Below, piece by piece: positions 16,233 to 26,298 of a stretch of 40,176 nucleotides of DNA. Position numbers and translations under genes: made by a program. Position 1 is the stretch's first letter. Every line of letters starts with the position of its first letter. Below the pieces are notes generated by a model, which saw only the letters and a program-made list of their open reading frames with translations, ran no database searches and was not told the DNA's origin. The stretch lies in the sequence record SRR31156797_292; one strand, given 5' to 3'.

Positions 16233-19200
16233 CTATCTGGATTTTAATCGTGAAGTTAACTTCTCAAACCATGCAAATAACTTCACCAATGAACGGTTAT
16301 AAAGAATCAAGAAGAAGAAAATATTCATAATCCATAAAACAATTAGGTTAACCCAATAAGTAGGATAATACACCCCAAATAATTGTTTATATGGTGCATA
16401 AAAATGCGCTCTCAAAACTGTAGAGACTGGATCTTTATATATTGGGTCCATTTTTTGATAAAGTCTGCCTTCATATTCAATAATCCGATCAAAAGAATTG
16501 CTGTTTCTAACAAATTCACTAAGCTGTTCATTGGCATTCTTCATTTTCAACATCACAAACTCCTCACTCAACATACCTTTACGTCGTTCTTCAAGAAGCT
16601 TATCTTTTTGCATTGAAGCACTATTGTATAAATTAATATAATACTTACGCATATCTTTTAGAAACAGACCAAGATTATAACCCACTTCATCATTGTAATC
16701 ATTGATATTAATTTGATCAATCTGTGCAAAGTCAAAATGATCATTTTCCTCAATTTTTGTCTTTAGCTCAGCCTTTATTAAACCTAAATTGTATTTCAAT
16801 TTATCAGTATCAGGCTCATCCTTAGTAATTTGCCTACTTACTGCATTCATCTTGTTTTCAATTTCTTTCAACCAATAATCCTTATGAAAAGTAGCCTCAC
16901 TCATCACTTTATCATATGGGTAAAAGCTTTTCTCAAATTCATTATTCTTAAACTGATGAACTGCCAAACCTTCATATGCCCAACGGGCGGCGATTATTTC
17001 ACCATACCAGGGAATAGAAGTTGGAGAAGAAACCTTTGGATTAAGCTGATCATAGCGAACAATAATACCACTTAATAGTAATTGAGGTATAACCAGAAAT
17101 GGTATTAAAATATAAATAGTTACAACTGTTTTGAAAAGATCAGATATAATTAAACCCATCAGGTTAGCCACACTCCAGGCAGAAAATAACATTAACCAGT
17201 AATAAAAATACATACCAGGTATTTCCATTATAAAGTTACCAACAATAACAAATAGGAATGACTGCACGGCACTTATAAATAATAATATACCAACCTTCGA
17301 GTAGAGATAGCTTAACCAACTCAAATTCAAAAATCGTTCTCTCCTCAAAATTTTCCTATCCTTTATAATCTCCTCTGCACTTACAGTTAAGCCTATAAAA
17401 ATGGCTACAATTACTGACATGAAAATATATACCGGTAAGTTATTGTTCTCATATAAAGTATATCCAAATTTATTATTGGCATCAACATTAAAGAACTTGA
17501 CTATAAATGATAATATAAATGCCAGCAAAGGAGCTTCCAATAAATTAATAATGAGATATTGCCTGTTTGACAACTTTGAGAGTAAGTCTCTCATTACAAA
17601 CACCTTCAGTTGTTTTAACTTACCAGGAGCCTTAAATTCAATCTTTGGTAGTGTGCCTTTCTTTTTCTCTCGAAATGCATATTCGTTTTTATCTGATCTG
17701 AGGTATTTTGTAGCCCATTCAGTCGGACTAATCTTTCGTGTTTTGGTCAAATTTCCATATTCATCCAATACATTGGCCTCAACTATATTGAAAATTTGCT
17801 CACTATTTACATTACCACAACAATGACATTCACTTTCATTCCAATCAGCTTGATGAGTCCTTGATTTGAAATAAATAATAGAATCAACAGGGTTGCCATA
17901 ATATATCATATGACCGCCATTATCTAGTAATAACAGCTTATCAAACATTTTAAAAATATCAGAACTTGGCTGGTGAATAACCACAAAGATCAATTTCCCT
18001 TTGAGCGTTAATTCTTTCAACAAGTCCATAATATTCTCCGAATCCCTTGAAGACAAACCACTTGTAGGTTCATCAAGAAATAGCACAGATGGTTCCCGAA
18101 TTAGCTCCAATGCGATATTTAACCTTTTACGCTGTCCACCGCTAATTTTCTTGTTCAAGGGACTACCAACAGTCATGTCTTTTATTTCATATAGCCCCAA
18201 ATTGTGCAAAACAGTCACAACCTTTTTAAGCACTACAATACGTGGTAGTTTATCAAAGCATAATAATGCGTTAAAATAAAGATTTTGAAATACTGAAAGT
18301 TCTTCAATAAGCAAATCATCCTGGGAAACATATCCTATTAAGCCCTGAACTTTATCTTCTTCATCATGAATATTGAATCCATTAATAAGAACCTCTCCAT
18401 CAGTTGGTTTATTTATTCCATTTAAAACATTTAGTAATGTACTTTTCCCTGCTCCGGAAGCTCCCATAATACCTATTAGATTACCGGATTCTTCACTAAA
18501 TGAGATTTTCTTTAGGCCAATATGACCATTTGGAAATTTAAATTCTACTTTTCGAACATCGTAACGTATAAGGTCTTCGTGTGTAAAATCGCTAAAAGCA
18601 CTAACAATGTCACTATAATATATTGGCTTTATGCGAGAGTTACGCATAGATGAACCAAAATTAAGCACATACACTTTAGCATGTTGAACTAACTGACCAT
18701 TTAAATATAGCTCATCTTCACCCTCATATCGCATCACATACATATTGGCTTCGTCAATTGAGAAAACCCTCACCTGACCTCGCATACCATGTGTGCGAAT
18801 ATGCTTTACAAGCGTTTCATTATCATCTGGATTATCATCAATAACTAAAAGCTGAGATGAATTAGGCAGCCGATCAAAATCATATAAAACAAATGCCTTG
18901 ATCTTAACAAACTCCCTTTCGGGAATATAAAATGTAGATGATACTGTTTCAACAAATTCAAGTTCTTGCTCACTAACTTCATTTTCTGTTTTGATAAACT
19001 CAAGCAAGCGAAACAAAACTACACGTTTTTGTTGATGCGTAAGTTCATTATTAATTTCAGTACAGATTTTCAGCACTTTAACTGAACTAAGCGCAATACT
19101 TTTTTGTCGCTTGTGTTTATCGCTGAGCTTCTTTTGGTAAATGGAATAATAATAATCATACACTTGCAAATATTCATCTGCAAGCTCCTGATTAAGCATT

Positions 19201-19307
19201 TGACTTAGGAATGAACCAACGACAAGCCTTCTATCGCTACCATCTGCCAATGGTTTTGCAATTATTGCAAATAACTGCATTAAGGCTTTTAGAATCCGTT
19301 CGCTCAT
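16233..19307 (-). CDS. Fused ABCG/ABC-2-type exporter (NBD-TMD) with N-terminal TerB-like and FHA-like regions
   Basis: Walker A GASGAGKST, Q-loop VSQDD, signature ISGGQRKR, Walker B FLDEPTSGL and H-loop IHQP. About 6 TM helices follow, with a large soluble loop. ~245-aa N-terminal extension. Confidence 0.88.
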   Translation of the reverse strand: MSERILKALMQLFAIIAKPLADGSDRRLVVGSFLSQMLNQELADEYLQVYDYYYSIYQKKLSDKHKRQKSIALSSVKVLKICTEINNELTHQQKRVVLFRLLEFIKTENEVSEQELEFVETVSSTFYIPEREFVKIKAFVLYDFDRLPNSSQLLVIDDNPDDNETLVKHIRTHGMRGQVRVFSIDEANMYVMRYEGEDELYLNGQLVQHAKVYVLNFGSSMRNSRIKPIYYSDIVSAFSDFTHEDLIRYDVRKVEFKFPNGHIGLKKISFSEESGNLIGIMGASGAGKSTLLNVLNGINKPTDGEVLINGFNIHDEEDKVQGLIGYVSQDDLLIEELSVFQNLYFNALLCFDKLPRIVVLKKVVTVLHNLGLYEIKDMTVGSPLNKKISGGQRKRLNIALELIREPSVLFLDEPTSGLSSRDSENIMDLLKELTLKGKLIFVVIHQPSSDIFKMFDKLLLLDNGGHMIYYGNPVDSIIYFKSRTHQADWNESECHCCGNVNSEQIFNIVEANVLDEYGNLTKTRKISPTEWATKYLRSDKNEYAFREKKKGTLPKIEFKAPGKLKQLKVFVMRDLLSKLSNRQYLIINLLEAPLLAFILSFIVKFFNVDANNKFGYTLYENNNLPVYIFMSVIVAIFIGLTVSAEEIIKDRKILRRERFLNLSWLSYLYSKVGILLFISAVQSFLFVIVGNFIMEIPGMYFYYWLMLFSAWSVANLMGLIISDLFKTVVTIYILIPFLVIPQLLLSGIIVRYDQLNPKVSSPTSIPWYGEIIAARWAYEGLAVHQFKNNEFEKSFYPYDKVMSEATFHKDYWLKEIENKMNAVSRQITKDEPDTDKLKYNLGLIKAELKTKIEENDHFDFAQIDQININDYNDEVGYNLGLFLKDMRKYYINLYNSASMQKDKLLEERRKGMLSEEFVMLKMKNANEQLSEFVRNSNSFDRIIEYEGRLYQKMDPIYKDPVSTVLRAHFYAPYKQLFGVYYPTYWVNLIVLWIMNIFFFLILYNRSLVKLFAWFEKLTSRLKSR

Positions 19308-19318
19308 TTAGGTTAGTA

Positions 19319-19726
19319 TTAGTTTTCAAAGCCAATCAATAAATAGACAATTCCTGACGTTTGAATATTTGTATCTAATCTAGCTTCAATTATACAATCA
19401 GTAGTAGCTGAAAAAAACAGATCCCAATAAGGAGTGTTATCAAAATCTTTATTTGAATAGAGTAAGTTACGGTTCTTATCATACACATTGAAAACAATGG
19501 TTTGATTATCTTTTGCCCCACAAGCTACAATTCTATATTTGTTCTCCTGGTAGAAAGTCGCATGAAATTCAGCAACCTGTTCTCCAGAAAGCAAAGCTCT
19601 ATATTGTTGCCCATCTGATATAAATTCTGAACCAAAATAATTCTGACATTTACTCACAAAATCGATAGGTTGAGCTTTTATACCTAAAGCAATAATTAAA
19701 AATATGATTGACAATATGTATTTCAT
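19319..19726 (-). CDS. Secreted hypothetical beta-rich protein
   Basis: Signal peptide MKYILSIIFLIIALGIKA-Q. ATG at 19726 preferred over the TTG at 19732. Lies 11 bp from the ABC gene start. Confidence 0.8.
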   Translation of the reverse strand: MKYILSIIFLIIALGIKAQPIDFVSKCQNYFGSEFISDGQQYRALLSGEQVAEFHATFYQENKYRIVACGAKDNQTIVFNVYDKNRNLLYSNKDFDNTPYWDLFFSATTDCIIEARLDTNIQTSGIVYLLIGFEN

Positions 19727-19737
19727 GTTCAAAATAT

Positions 19738-20652
19738 TTAGTTCTGATTAATTATGAAAGATCTTATTTCAGCTATTGCTTTTTTAATTTCACTAATGGT
19801 TTCCTGACTAATTTTAACACGCGTTTTACTGTTTACTATTGTAAGTCTCGTTTCAGGATTTGTTTTTGCACCAACAAATTCATAGTGTACTTCAACATCT
19901 TCATAAATTCCTGCCATATTGATCAACTTGGCCGTTAATTGTTTAAATCCCTCATTTCTATCGCTATATGGGGCAAGCAATTGAATTAAATTCTCAAGTG
20001 GCTTTTTATTTTCCCCAATTCTAATTTTAAGGGTTTCATTATTTTGATCTCCAAGATGAGTCAATAAATACATACTTTCAACCCATCCTCCAGCTATTAC
20101 AGCACATGCAACATGCTCTCTTTCATTTTCTTTCAGGTATGCATCAGCATTACGATATGTATTTCCAAGAATATGTAGCATTGAATCTTGATTACTAATA
20201 TTCTTTTCCATTCGTTCAATAGTATGCTTGTCAAAAGCAGCTAATAATTCTAGTTTTTCGCTTAGCAATTTAATCACACTAAAATAGCTCATTGCTTCAG
20301 GCGAATGTTCATAAAGCGTAATATAGGCTAAATCTGCTCCATAAACCCCAAGGTTAATTGCCATTTTAAAAGAAGTATTAAAATGCTTAACACTTTCAAG
20401 AGATGATAGGATTTCATTGTTAAAAGGAATTTCCTGCTCACTAATAAAAATAGCTGCCTGATAAGGTGATGGCACACTAAATAAAGTATTATTTAGCTTT
20501 ACAATTTGAGAAAATGAAGTATCATTAACTTCTTTCAAGGCTTTTTGCTTAATTTGATCATCTCCGGATTTCTGCTTTGATCCACAAGAAAACCAAGCTA
20601 AACTACTAAAAACCAACAACATTACTATTACTACACGATACTTTAGGGTCAT
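19738..20652 (-). CDS. Hypothetical helical lipoprotein
   Basis: Lipobox WFSC. Motifs SVPSP, AINLGVYGADLAY and AGGWVESMY. ATG at 20652 preferred over the TTG at 20658. Confidence 0.8.
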   Translation of the reverse strand: MTLKYRVVIVMLLVFSSLAWFSCGSKQKSGDDQIKQKALKEVNDTSFSQIVKLNNTLFSVPSPYQAAIFISEQEIPFNNEILSSLESVKHFNTSFKMAINLGVYGADLAYITLYEHSPEAMSYFSVIKLLSEKLELLAAFDKHTIERMEKNISNQDSMLHILGNTYRNADAYLKENEREHVACAVIAGGWVESMYLLTHLGDQNNETLKIRIGENKKPLENLIQLLAPYSDRNEGFKQLTAKLINMAGIYEDVEVHYEFVGAKTNPETRLTIVNSKTRVKISQETISEIKKAIAEIRSFIINQN

Positions 20653-20761
20653 ATACAATTATTTAACCATGATATTATGCAATTAAACAAAAAAAAAGTA
20701 ATTCTACAAGGTTATTTGCGCGTTATCTGGTGACTTTAAGCTAATTTAACATATTAATAAT

Positions 20762-20769
20762 TAAATTTG
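20762..20769 (+). promoter_or_regulatory. Bacteroidota -7 promoter element
   Basis: TAAATTTG 16 bp upstream of ATG 20786. Confidence 0.55.
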
Positions 20770-20785
20770 GCACAAAAAAAGCGAT

Positions 20786-22936
20786 ATGAAGAAATTAACT
20801 TATTTACTTACAATTAGCTACCTTTTATTATCACAGCTAGCATTTACACAAGAAAAAACCTTAACAATGGAGGATGCTGTAATCGGTCAATGGAGACAGC
20901 TATATCCTGAGTATGTCTCAGGAAACTGGCAGCCTGAAACCAACAACTTCATTCAAAGAATAGAAGGAAATATTGTGAGCATTGATGTAAAAAAGGACAA
21001 AGAAACAGTCCTTTTGACATTAGTTGAATTGAATAATTCTCTTAAAAATGCCAATCAAGATACAATAAACTATATTCCAGGATTAACATGGTTAAATAGC
21101 GAAATTGTTTATTTTCAGACCCGTTCGAAAGGATACACCTATAATATTTCTGATAAAAAAATTCTATCTACTTATACTTTTGAAAAGGATGATGCAAATT
21201 TTGACAGAGCCTTTTCCAAAAGCAATAAGATTGCAGTAACCAATAAAAACAGTCTTTTTGTAGTAACACCAACAGAGCGAATACAAATTGCCTCTTCCGA
21301 AAATGACGAAACTATTTATGGTCAGACGGTTAGCCGTAACGAATTTGGCATAAACAAAGGTACGTTTTGGTCACCGGATGAAAATCAATTAGCATATTAT
21401 ATTAAAGATAATAGCGATGTAAAACAATATCCATTGGTTGACATTACAGCAAGAGAAGCTGAAACCGAAATGATTCGTTATCCAATGGCTGGAATGAGCA
21501 GCGAGCATATTAGTCTTGGAGTTTATAGTTTTGATTCCAAAAAAACAATTTACATTGAAAACCAAGATACTAAAAGCGAAAAATATCTAACAAACATAAC
21601 CTGGGGTCCTGATTCAAAATATATCTACATTCAAGTGTTGAATCGTGCACAGAACCACATGAAACTTAATCAATATGATGCTTCAAATGGACAATTAGTA
21701 AAAACATTATTTGAAGAAAAACATGAAAAATATGTAGAACCTTCTCACCCACTCCAGTTTATTCCAAATAACAAAAACAATTTCATCTACCAAACAAGAA
21801 AAGATGGATATAATCACATTTACCTATATAACACTGATGGTAAGTTGATTAAACAATTAACAAAAGGTGGTTGGGAAGTTACAGATATACTTAGTTTTGA
21901 TTCTTCAGGGAAAAACATATATTATCAATCAACTGAGGTAAGTCCATTGGAAAGACACACTTACAAGCTAAATATTAAAAGTGGGGAAATAACGCAACTT
22001 ACAAAAGTGAACGGAACGCATCGCAGCAGCATTTCTGATGATGGCAGTTACATGTTTGACACTTATAACTCAACTGAGATTCCACGAATTGCCCAATATA
22101 TTGATCTAAAAAAAGGCAAAAAAGATATCATTCTTACAGCAGACAATCCTCTAGAAGACTACAATTTGGGAGAAATGACAATAGGAACAATAAAAGCTGG
22201 TGATGGAACAACAGATCTATATTATCGTTTGATCAAACCTGCTAATTTTGACCCTAATAAAAAATACCCCGCTATTATTTATGTATATGGCGGACCTCAT
22301 GCTCAATTAATTACAAATTCATGGCTTGGTGGTGCCAGAATGTGGCAGCATTATATGGCACAAAATGGCTATGTTATGTTAACTATTGATAATCGTGGTT
22401 CAGCTAACCGTGGACTTGAATTTGAGAACATAATTCATCGGCAATGTGGAAGAAATGAAATGGAAGATCAATTGAAAGGTATTGAACTACTTAAATCACT
22501 GGGATATGTTGACATGGAGAAAATTGGTGTGCATGGATGGAGCTACGGTGGATTTATGACTACTTCATTAATAACTAATCACCCTGATATTTTTAAGGTT
22601 GGTGTAGCCGGCGGACCTGTAATTGATTGGAAATATTATGAAATAATGTACGGTGAAAGATACATGGACACACCAGAAGAAAATCCAGAAGGTTATAAAT
22701 CAACAAGTTTAATACCTATGGCTTCAAAATTAGAAGGCGATTTGCTTATTATACATGGATATATAGATCCCGTGGTTGTAATCCAACACAGTTTAGCATT
22801 CTTGAGAGAATGTATTACAAATAATGTGCAAGTTGATTATTTTGTTTATCCAAGGGCAGAGCACAATGTTAGAGGTAAAGACCGCATCCATTTAATGCAA
22901 AAAGTCACAGATTATTTTGATGAAAAACTAAGATAA
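20786..22936 (+). CDS. S9B peptidase (dipeptidyl peptidase IV / prolyl tripeptidyl peptidase-like)
   Basis: Signal peptide, beta-propeller WSPD, YVYGGPHAQ, nucleophile GWSYGG, HGYIDPVV and C-terminal His in AEHNV. Confidence 0.93.
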   Translation: MKKLTYLLTISYLLLSQLAFTQEKTLTMEDAVIGQWRQLYPEYVSGNWQPETNNFIQRIEGNIVSIDVKKDKETVLLTLVELNNSLKNANQDTINYIPGLTWLNSEIVYFQTRSKGYTYNISDKKILSTYTFEKDDANFDRAFSKSNKIAVTNKNSLFVVTPTERIQIASSENDETIYGQTVSRNEFGINKGTFWSPDENQLAYYIKDNSDVKQYPLVDITAREAETEMIRYPMAGMSSEHISLGVYSFDSKKTIYIENQDTKSEKYLTNITWGPDSKYIYIQVLNRAQNHMKLNQYDASNGQLVKTLFEEKHEKYVEPSHPLQFIPNNKNNFIYQTRKDGYNHIYLYNTDGKLIKQLTKGGWEVTDILSFDSSGKNIYYQSTEVSPLERHTYKLNIKSGEITQLTKVNGTHRSSISDDGSYMFDTYNSTEIPRIAQYIDLKKGKKDIILTADNPLEDYNLGEMTIGTIKAGDGTTDLYYRLIKPANFDPNKKYPAIIYVYGGPHAQLITNSWLGGARMWQHYMAQNGYVMLTIDNRGSANRGLEFENIIHRQCGRNEMEDQLKGIELLKSLGYVDMEKIGVHGWSYGGFMTTSLITNHPDIFKVGVAGGPVIDWKYYEIMYGERYMDTPEENPEGYKSTSLIPMASKLEGDLLIIHGYIDPVVVIQHSLAFLRECITNNVQVDYFVYPRAEHNVRGKDRIHLMQKVTDYFDEKLR

Positions 22937-22941
22937 AAATC

Positions 22942-22972
22942 AAGAGGCCTTTCGAATGAAAGGCCTCTTTTT
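22942..22972. terminator. Intrinsic terminator between convergent genes
   Basis: Perfect 12-bp stem aagaggcctttc-gaat-gaaaggcctctt plus T-run. Confidence 0.85.
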
Positions 22973-22975
22973 ATT

Positions 22976-23695
22976 TTATTTATTAAGTTTTGCAAGATGC
23001 TTATCGTATTCAGCTTTAATTTGCTTAAGCAAATCAATGCTTATACTTTCAGTATAAATCCGCACCATATCATGTACTCTAAAGTCTTCGTAATAACAAG
23101 CTAATGCGGCATCAAAGTCAATTACATCAATATTATAATTAACCTGCTTCGCTATAGGTACAAAATCTTCCAAGGACAAGTGCTCCTTTATTTCAAAATA
23201 ACCGTGATGCTTATCCAGTTTATCACAATAAAAGCCATCTTCTAAGACTGACATTTTATAAAACTTTTTAATGCGAATATGCACATCTTGGAGTTTTGAA
23301 TACTTCTTAGTTGATTTCTTAAAAACAACTCCTTCAGCTGCAAATGCCTCATGTAGTTTCCTCAATTTACCATAGTCTTCGAGATCTTTAACTCTAATGG
23401 CATAAAGCTTTTCATCATCTGGTGAAATAGCAGCTAATGTGGCACTACATTTCTCACCAAATTGAGATACAACCTTTTGACTTGTTGCCAAAAAATCGTC
23501 CAAATGCATGTAGTCATTCAAGATAAAATAGACATAGAGAGGAATAGTTTGTTTTTCCTGCATATTGTAATAACCAGGAAAAGGTGCCGGACATTCAAAA
23601 GCAAGTGTACCGGGAATTACAGAATCGTCTGTAATTTGAGTTAATGGCTCAATCTTACGCAGACTGCCATACCTTTCTTTGATAATTTTTTCCAT
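22976..23695 (-). CDS. Hypothetical protein
   Basis: 239-aa ORF 29 bp downstream of the M23 gene; contains PFPGYY and FDAAL; no family recognised. Confidence 0.8.
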   Translation of the reverse strand: MEKIIKERYGSLRKIEPLTQITDDSVIPGTLAFECPAPFPGYYNMQEKQTIPLYVYFILNDYMHLDDFLATSQKVVSQFGEKCSATLAAISPDDEKLYAIRVKDLEDYGKLRKLHEAFAAEGVVFKKSTKKYSKLQDVHIRIKKFYKMSVLEDGFYCDKLDKHHGYFEIKEHLSLEDFVPIAKQVNYNIDVIDFDAALACYYEDFRVHDMVRIYTESISIDLLKQIKAEYDKHLAKLNK

Positions 23696-23724
23696 ATGCT
23701 TAAAATTAGGAAGATTGAAAGATC

Positions 23725-24672
23725 TTAATTAGAAACTATTTTTTGATATTCTTCTTCTTTCAAATCGTCAATATAAAAGTACAACGGATTTTGTGTACGA
23801 TTGTTTTTCCTAATTTCATAATGTAGGTGGGGACCTGTTGAAACACCAGTATTTCCAACATAACCAATCAACTGGCCTCTTTTAATTTCATCTCCTTTAG
23901 ATACAATATATTTATTCAGGTGGGCATAAACTGAAAGATATCCAAATCCATGATCAATTTTAATTACTTTACCATAACCTGATTGATAATGGGCAGCTTT
24001 TACCACACCCTTACCTGTTGCATAAACAGGCGCGCCAATGTTAGCTGCATAATCAATTCCATGATGCATTTTATATCTTTTATAAATAGGGTGAAATCTT
24101 CGGCCGTAATAAGATGATATAAAAATTTCGTCTTTTTTAGAGATAGGTCTGATGCCAGGTTTAGCTGCATAATAATCATCGATGAATGAAACAAGCTCTT
24201 CCACTTCATCAAATGACTTATTTTGAATATCAATTTGACGTTCAAGCTTATCGAAATCGCTGAGCACCTTAGTAATCTCATCTGTATAAGCCATTCCAGC
24301 CAAATCACTGTATTTATTCATACCTCCGACACCAGCTTCTCTTATATCTTGTGGTATAGGCTTTATTTCTGCAAAAGGTCGATAGATCACATCATCATTC
24401 TCCATTACTTCTTGCAATGTATCACGTAATGCTAAAATTTGAAGTTGCTTTGAAAGTATTTTATCTGAAATATTTTTATTCTGTTTTGTTAAAACAAACT
24501 CATGAGGAGTTAATCGGTAGCTGGTAAGTGAGACAAAACCTATTGCTGATAATAGCACAACAATAATGGAATACTTAAAGAAATTCCGCTTTCTGGCTTT
24601 TTTATCCTTTTCAACTGGAATAAAAGTAAGCGTATTAGGATCGAGGTGGTATTTTTGATTCTTCCTTGTCAT
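23725..24672 (-). CDS. M23 family metallopeptidase (membrane-anchored)
   Basis: N-terminal TM and coiled coil. SSYYGRRFHP, HHGID, YAHL and GNTGVSTGPHLHYE. Confidence 0.93.
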   Translation of the reverse strand: MTRKNQKYHLDPNTLTFIPVEKDKKARKRNFFKYSIIVVLLSAIGFVSLTSYRLTPHEFVLTKQNKNISDKILSKQLQILALRDTLQEVMENDDVIYRPFAEIKPIPQDIREAGVGGMNKYSDLAGMAYTDEITKVLSDFDKLERQIDIQNKSFDEVEELVSFIDDYYAAKPGIRPISKKDEIFISSYYGRRFHPIYKRYKMHHGIDYAANIGAPVYATGKGVVKAAHYQSGYGKVIKIDHGFGYLSVYAHLNKYIVSKGDEIKRGQLIGYVGNTGVSTGPHLHYEIRKNNRTQNPLYFYIDDLKEEEYQKIVSN

Positions 24673-24753
24673 TGTCCCTGTTTTACTTTATTTTCCTAGA
24701 CTTAGATCGAGATTAACAGTTTATTCACAACCTAAGTTTACCTTTGCTACTTA

Positions 24754-24761
24754 CAAATTTA
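24754..24761 (-). promoter_or_regulatory. Bacteroidota -7 promoter element for the M23 gene
   Basis: TAAATTTG on the minus strand, about 80 bp upstream of the start. Confidence 0.45.
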
Positions 24762-25140
24762 CAAACAAATTGTTAAGATCAAAATATTAATTTTTTGTTT
24801 TGATTATCTGACCTTGTTTGTCGACGAATTAATGAAAACCAAAGATTAAAAAAAAATTCCTTATCTACAAATAAATGCCGACAAACTATTCAAAAAATAC
24901 TTTTTCATACAAAGATCCTATTTTTTGCTTTTTATAAAGATTTATATAATAGCTACTTACAAAGCTAATATCATAACAAAACCTTTACGACTACTAATTT
25001 GTTAAGGACTCATTAACAAAATAATCTCTTAACGAATTCTACGGGAAACTTAAAAAAATGTTTTAATAAATTTAAAAAAACTTTATCCTGATTTTCACGG
25101 CCATAATTTAATATAGTCAACAACCCAACAATTGAAAACA

Positions 25141-25171
25141 AAAAAAGGTTGCCCGAAAGAGCAACCTTTTT
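25141..25171 (-). terminator. Intrinsic terminator of the pta...buk operon
   Basis: Minus strand reads ggttgctc-tttc-gggcaacc followed by tttttt, just after the buk stop. Confidence 0.85.
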
Positions 25172-25188
25172 CATATTTTCTATTTCTT

Positions 25189-26268
25189 TTACTTATATTC
25201 TTTCACCTCAATTTCACCGGCAAGAGCATATATTGCATTTGTTGAAAGAGCTTTCATCTCATCCTCACCAGGATAAACAAAAACAGGGGCAATAAATCCT
25301 ACCATAGCTCTTACATAATTGACCAAATATTTATTATGTGCAATTCCTCCGGTTAATAAAATACCATTCACCTCTCCTTTCAGCACAGCGGCCATCTCTC
25401 CTATTGCTTTTCCAACCTGGTAGCACATAGCATCCTGAATAAGCTTAGCTTTCTCATCACCTGCCTCTGCTGCTTTTTCTACAGTGTAGGCATCATTAGT
25501 CTCAAGGTAAGCAACCAACCCACCTTGACCTTTAATCATTTTTTTAACCTGATCATGTGTATACTTGCCACTAAAACATAGCTTTGCCAAATCTCCAGCA
25601 GGCAACGTTCCGGTTCTTTCTGGTGAGAAAGGTCCTTCACCATCTAAAGCGTTATTCACATCTATCACACGTCCTTTACGATGAGCACCAACAGAAATAC
25701 CACCACCCATATGCGCAATAATCAAATTTAATTGATGATACCGCATATTATTAGAACGGGCATGAATCCGACCAATAGCTTTTTGATTCAATGCATGAAA
25801 AATTGATTTGCGTTTAAATTCGGGATGCCCGGTAAATCTTGCAACATCTTCCAATTCATCTACAACCACTGGGTCAGCTATAAATGCCTGAGCATCTTTT
25901 ACATCCTTAGCAATATCATATGCAATTAATGCTCCCAGATTAGATGCATGCTCACCCATTTCGGCTTTTCTCAAGTCTTCAAGCATTCGGTCATTCACCG
26001 CATAGCATCCTCCTTCCACAGGCTTTATCAATCCACCTCTACCTACTACCGCATTCAATGATTGTACATCAATATCAGCATTAGCAAGTTCTTGCAGTAT
26101 TATACCTTTTCTAAAGTTAAACTCATCAGTAATTTTTTCAAAAGGTTGCAGTTCCTCTGTTTTATGCTTAAGGTTTTTCAAAAACAATGATTTATCGTTT
26201 TCGTAAACAGCTATTTTTGTTGAAGTTGAACCGGGGTTTATTGCTAAAACTCTATAACAGCAGTCCAT
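25189..26268 (-). CDS. buk: Butyrate kinase
   Basis: INPGSTSTK, VGRGG, HASNLG, DPVVVDE, FHALNQKA, HMGGGISV, GPFSPER and YPGEDE. Confidence 0.96.
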   Translation of the reverse strand: MDCCYRVLAINPGSTSTKIAVYENDKSLFLKNLKHKTEELQPFEKITDEFNFRKGIILQELANADIDVQSLNAVVGRGGLIKPVEGGCYAVNDRMLEDLRKAEMGEHASNLGALIAYDIAKDVKDAQAFIADPVVVDELEDVARFTGHPEFKRKSIFHALNQKAIGRIHARSNNMRYHQLNLIIAHMGGGISVGAHRKGRVIDVNNALDGEGPFSPERTGTLPAGDLAKLCFSGKYTHDQVKKMIKGQGGLVAYLETNDAYTVEKAAEAGDEKAKLIQDAMCYQVGKAIGEMAAVLKGEVNGILLTGGIAHNKYLVNYVRAMVGFIAPVFVYPGEDEMKALSTNAIYALAGEIEVKEYK

Positions 26269-26298
26269 AAATTTATTTTTAGTGTTAGTTATTTTCTA

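Noticed and set aside
24673-25188. DGR template repeat or riboswitch in the long intergenic region
   Set aside because: No similarity to the FISUMP C-terminal coding sequence and no recognisable riboswitch consensus.
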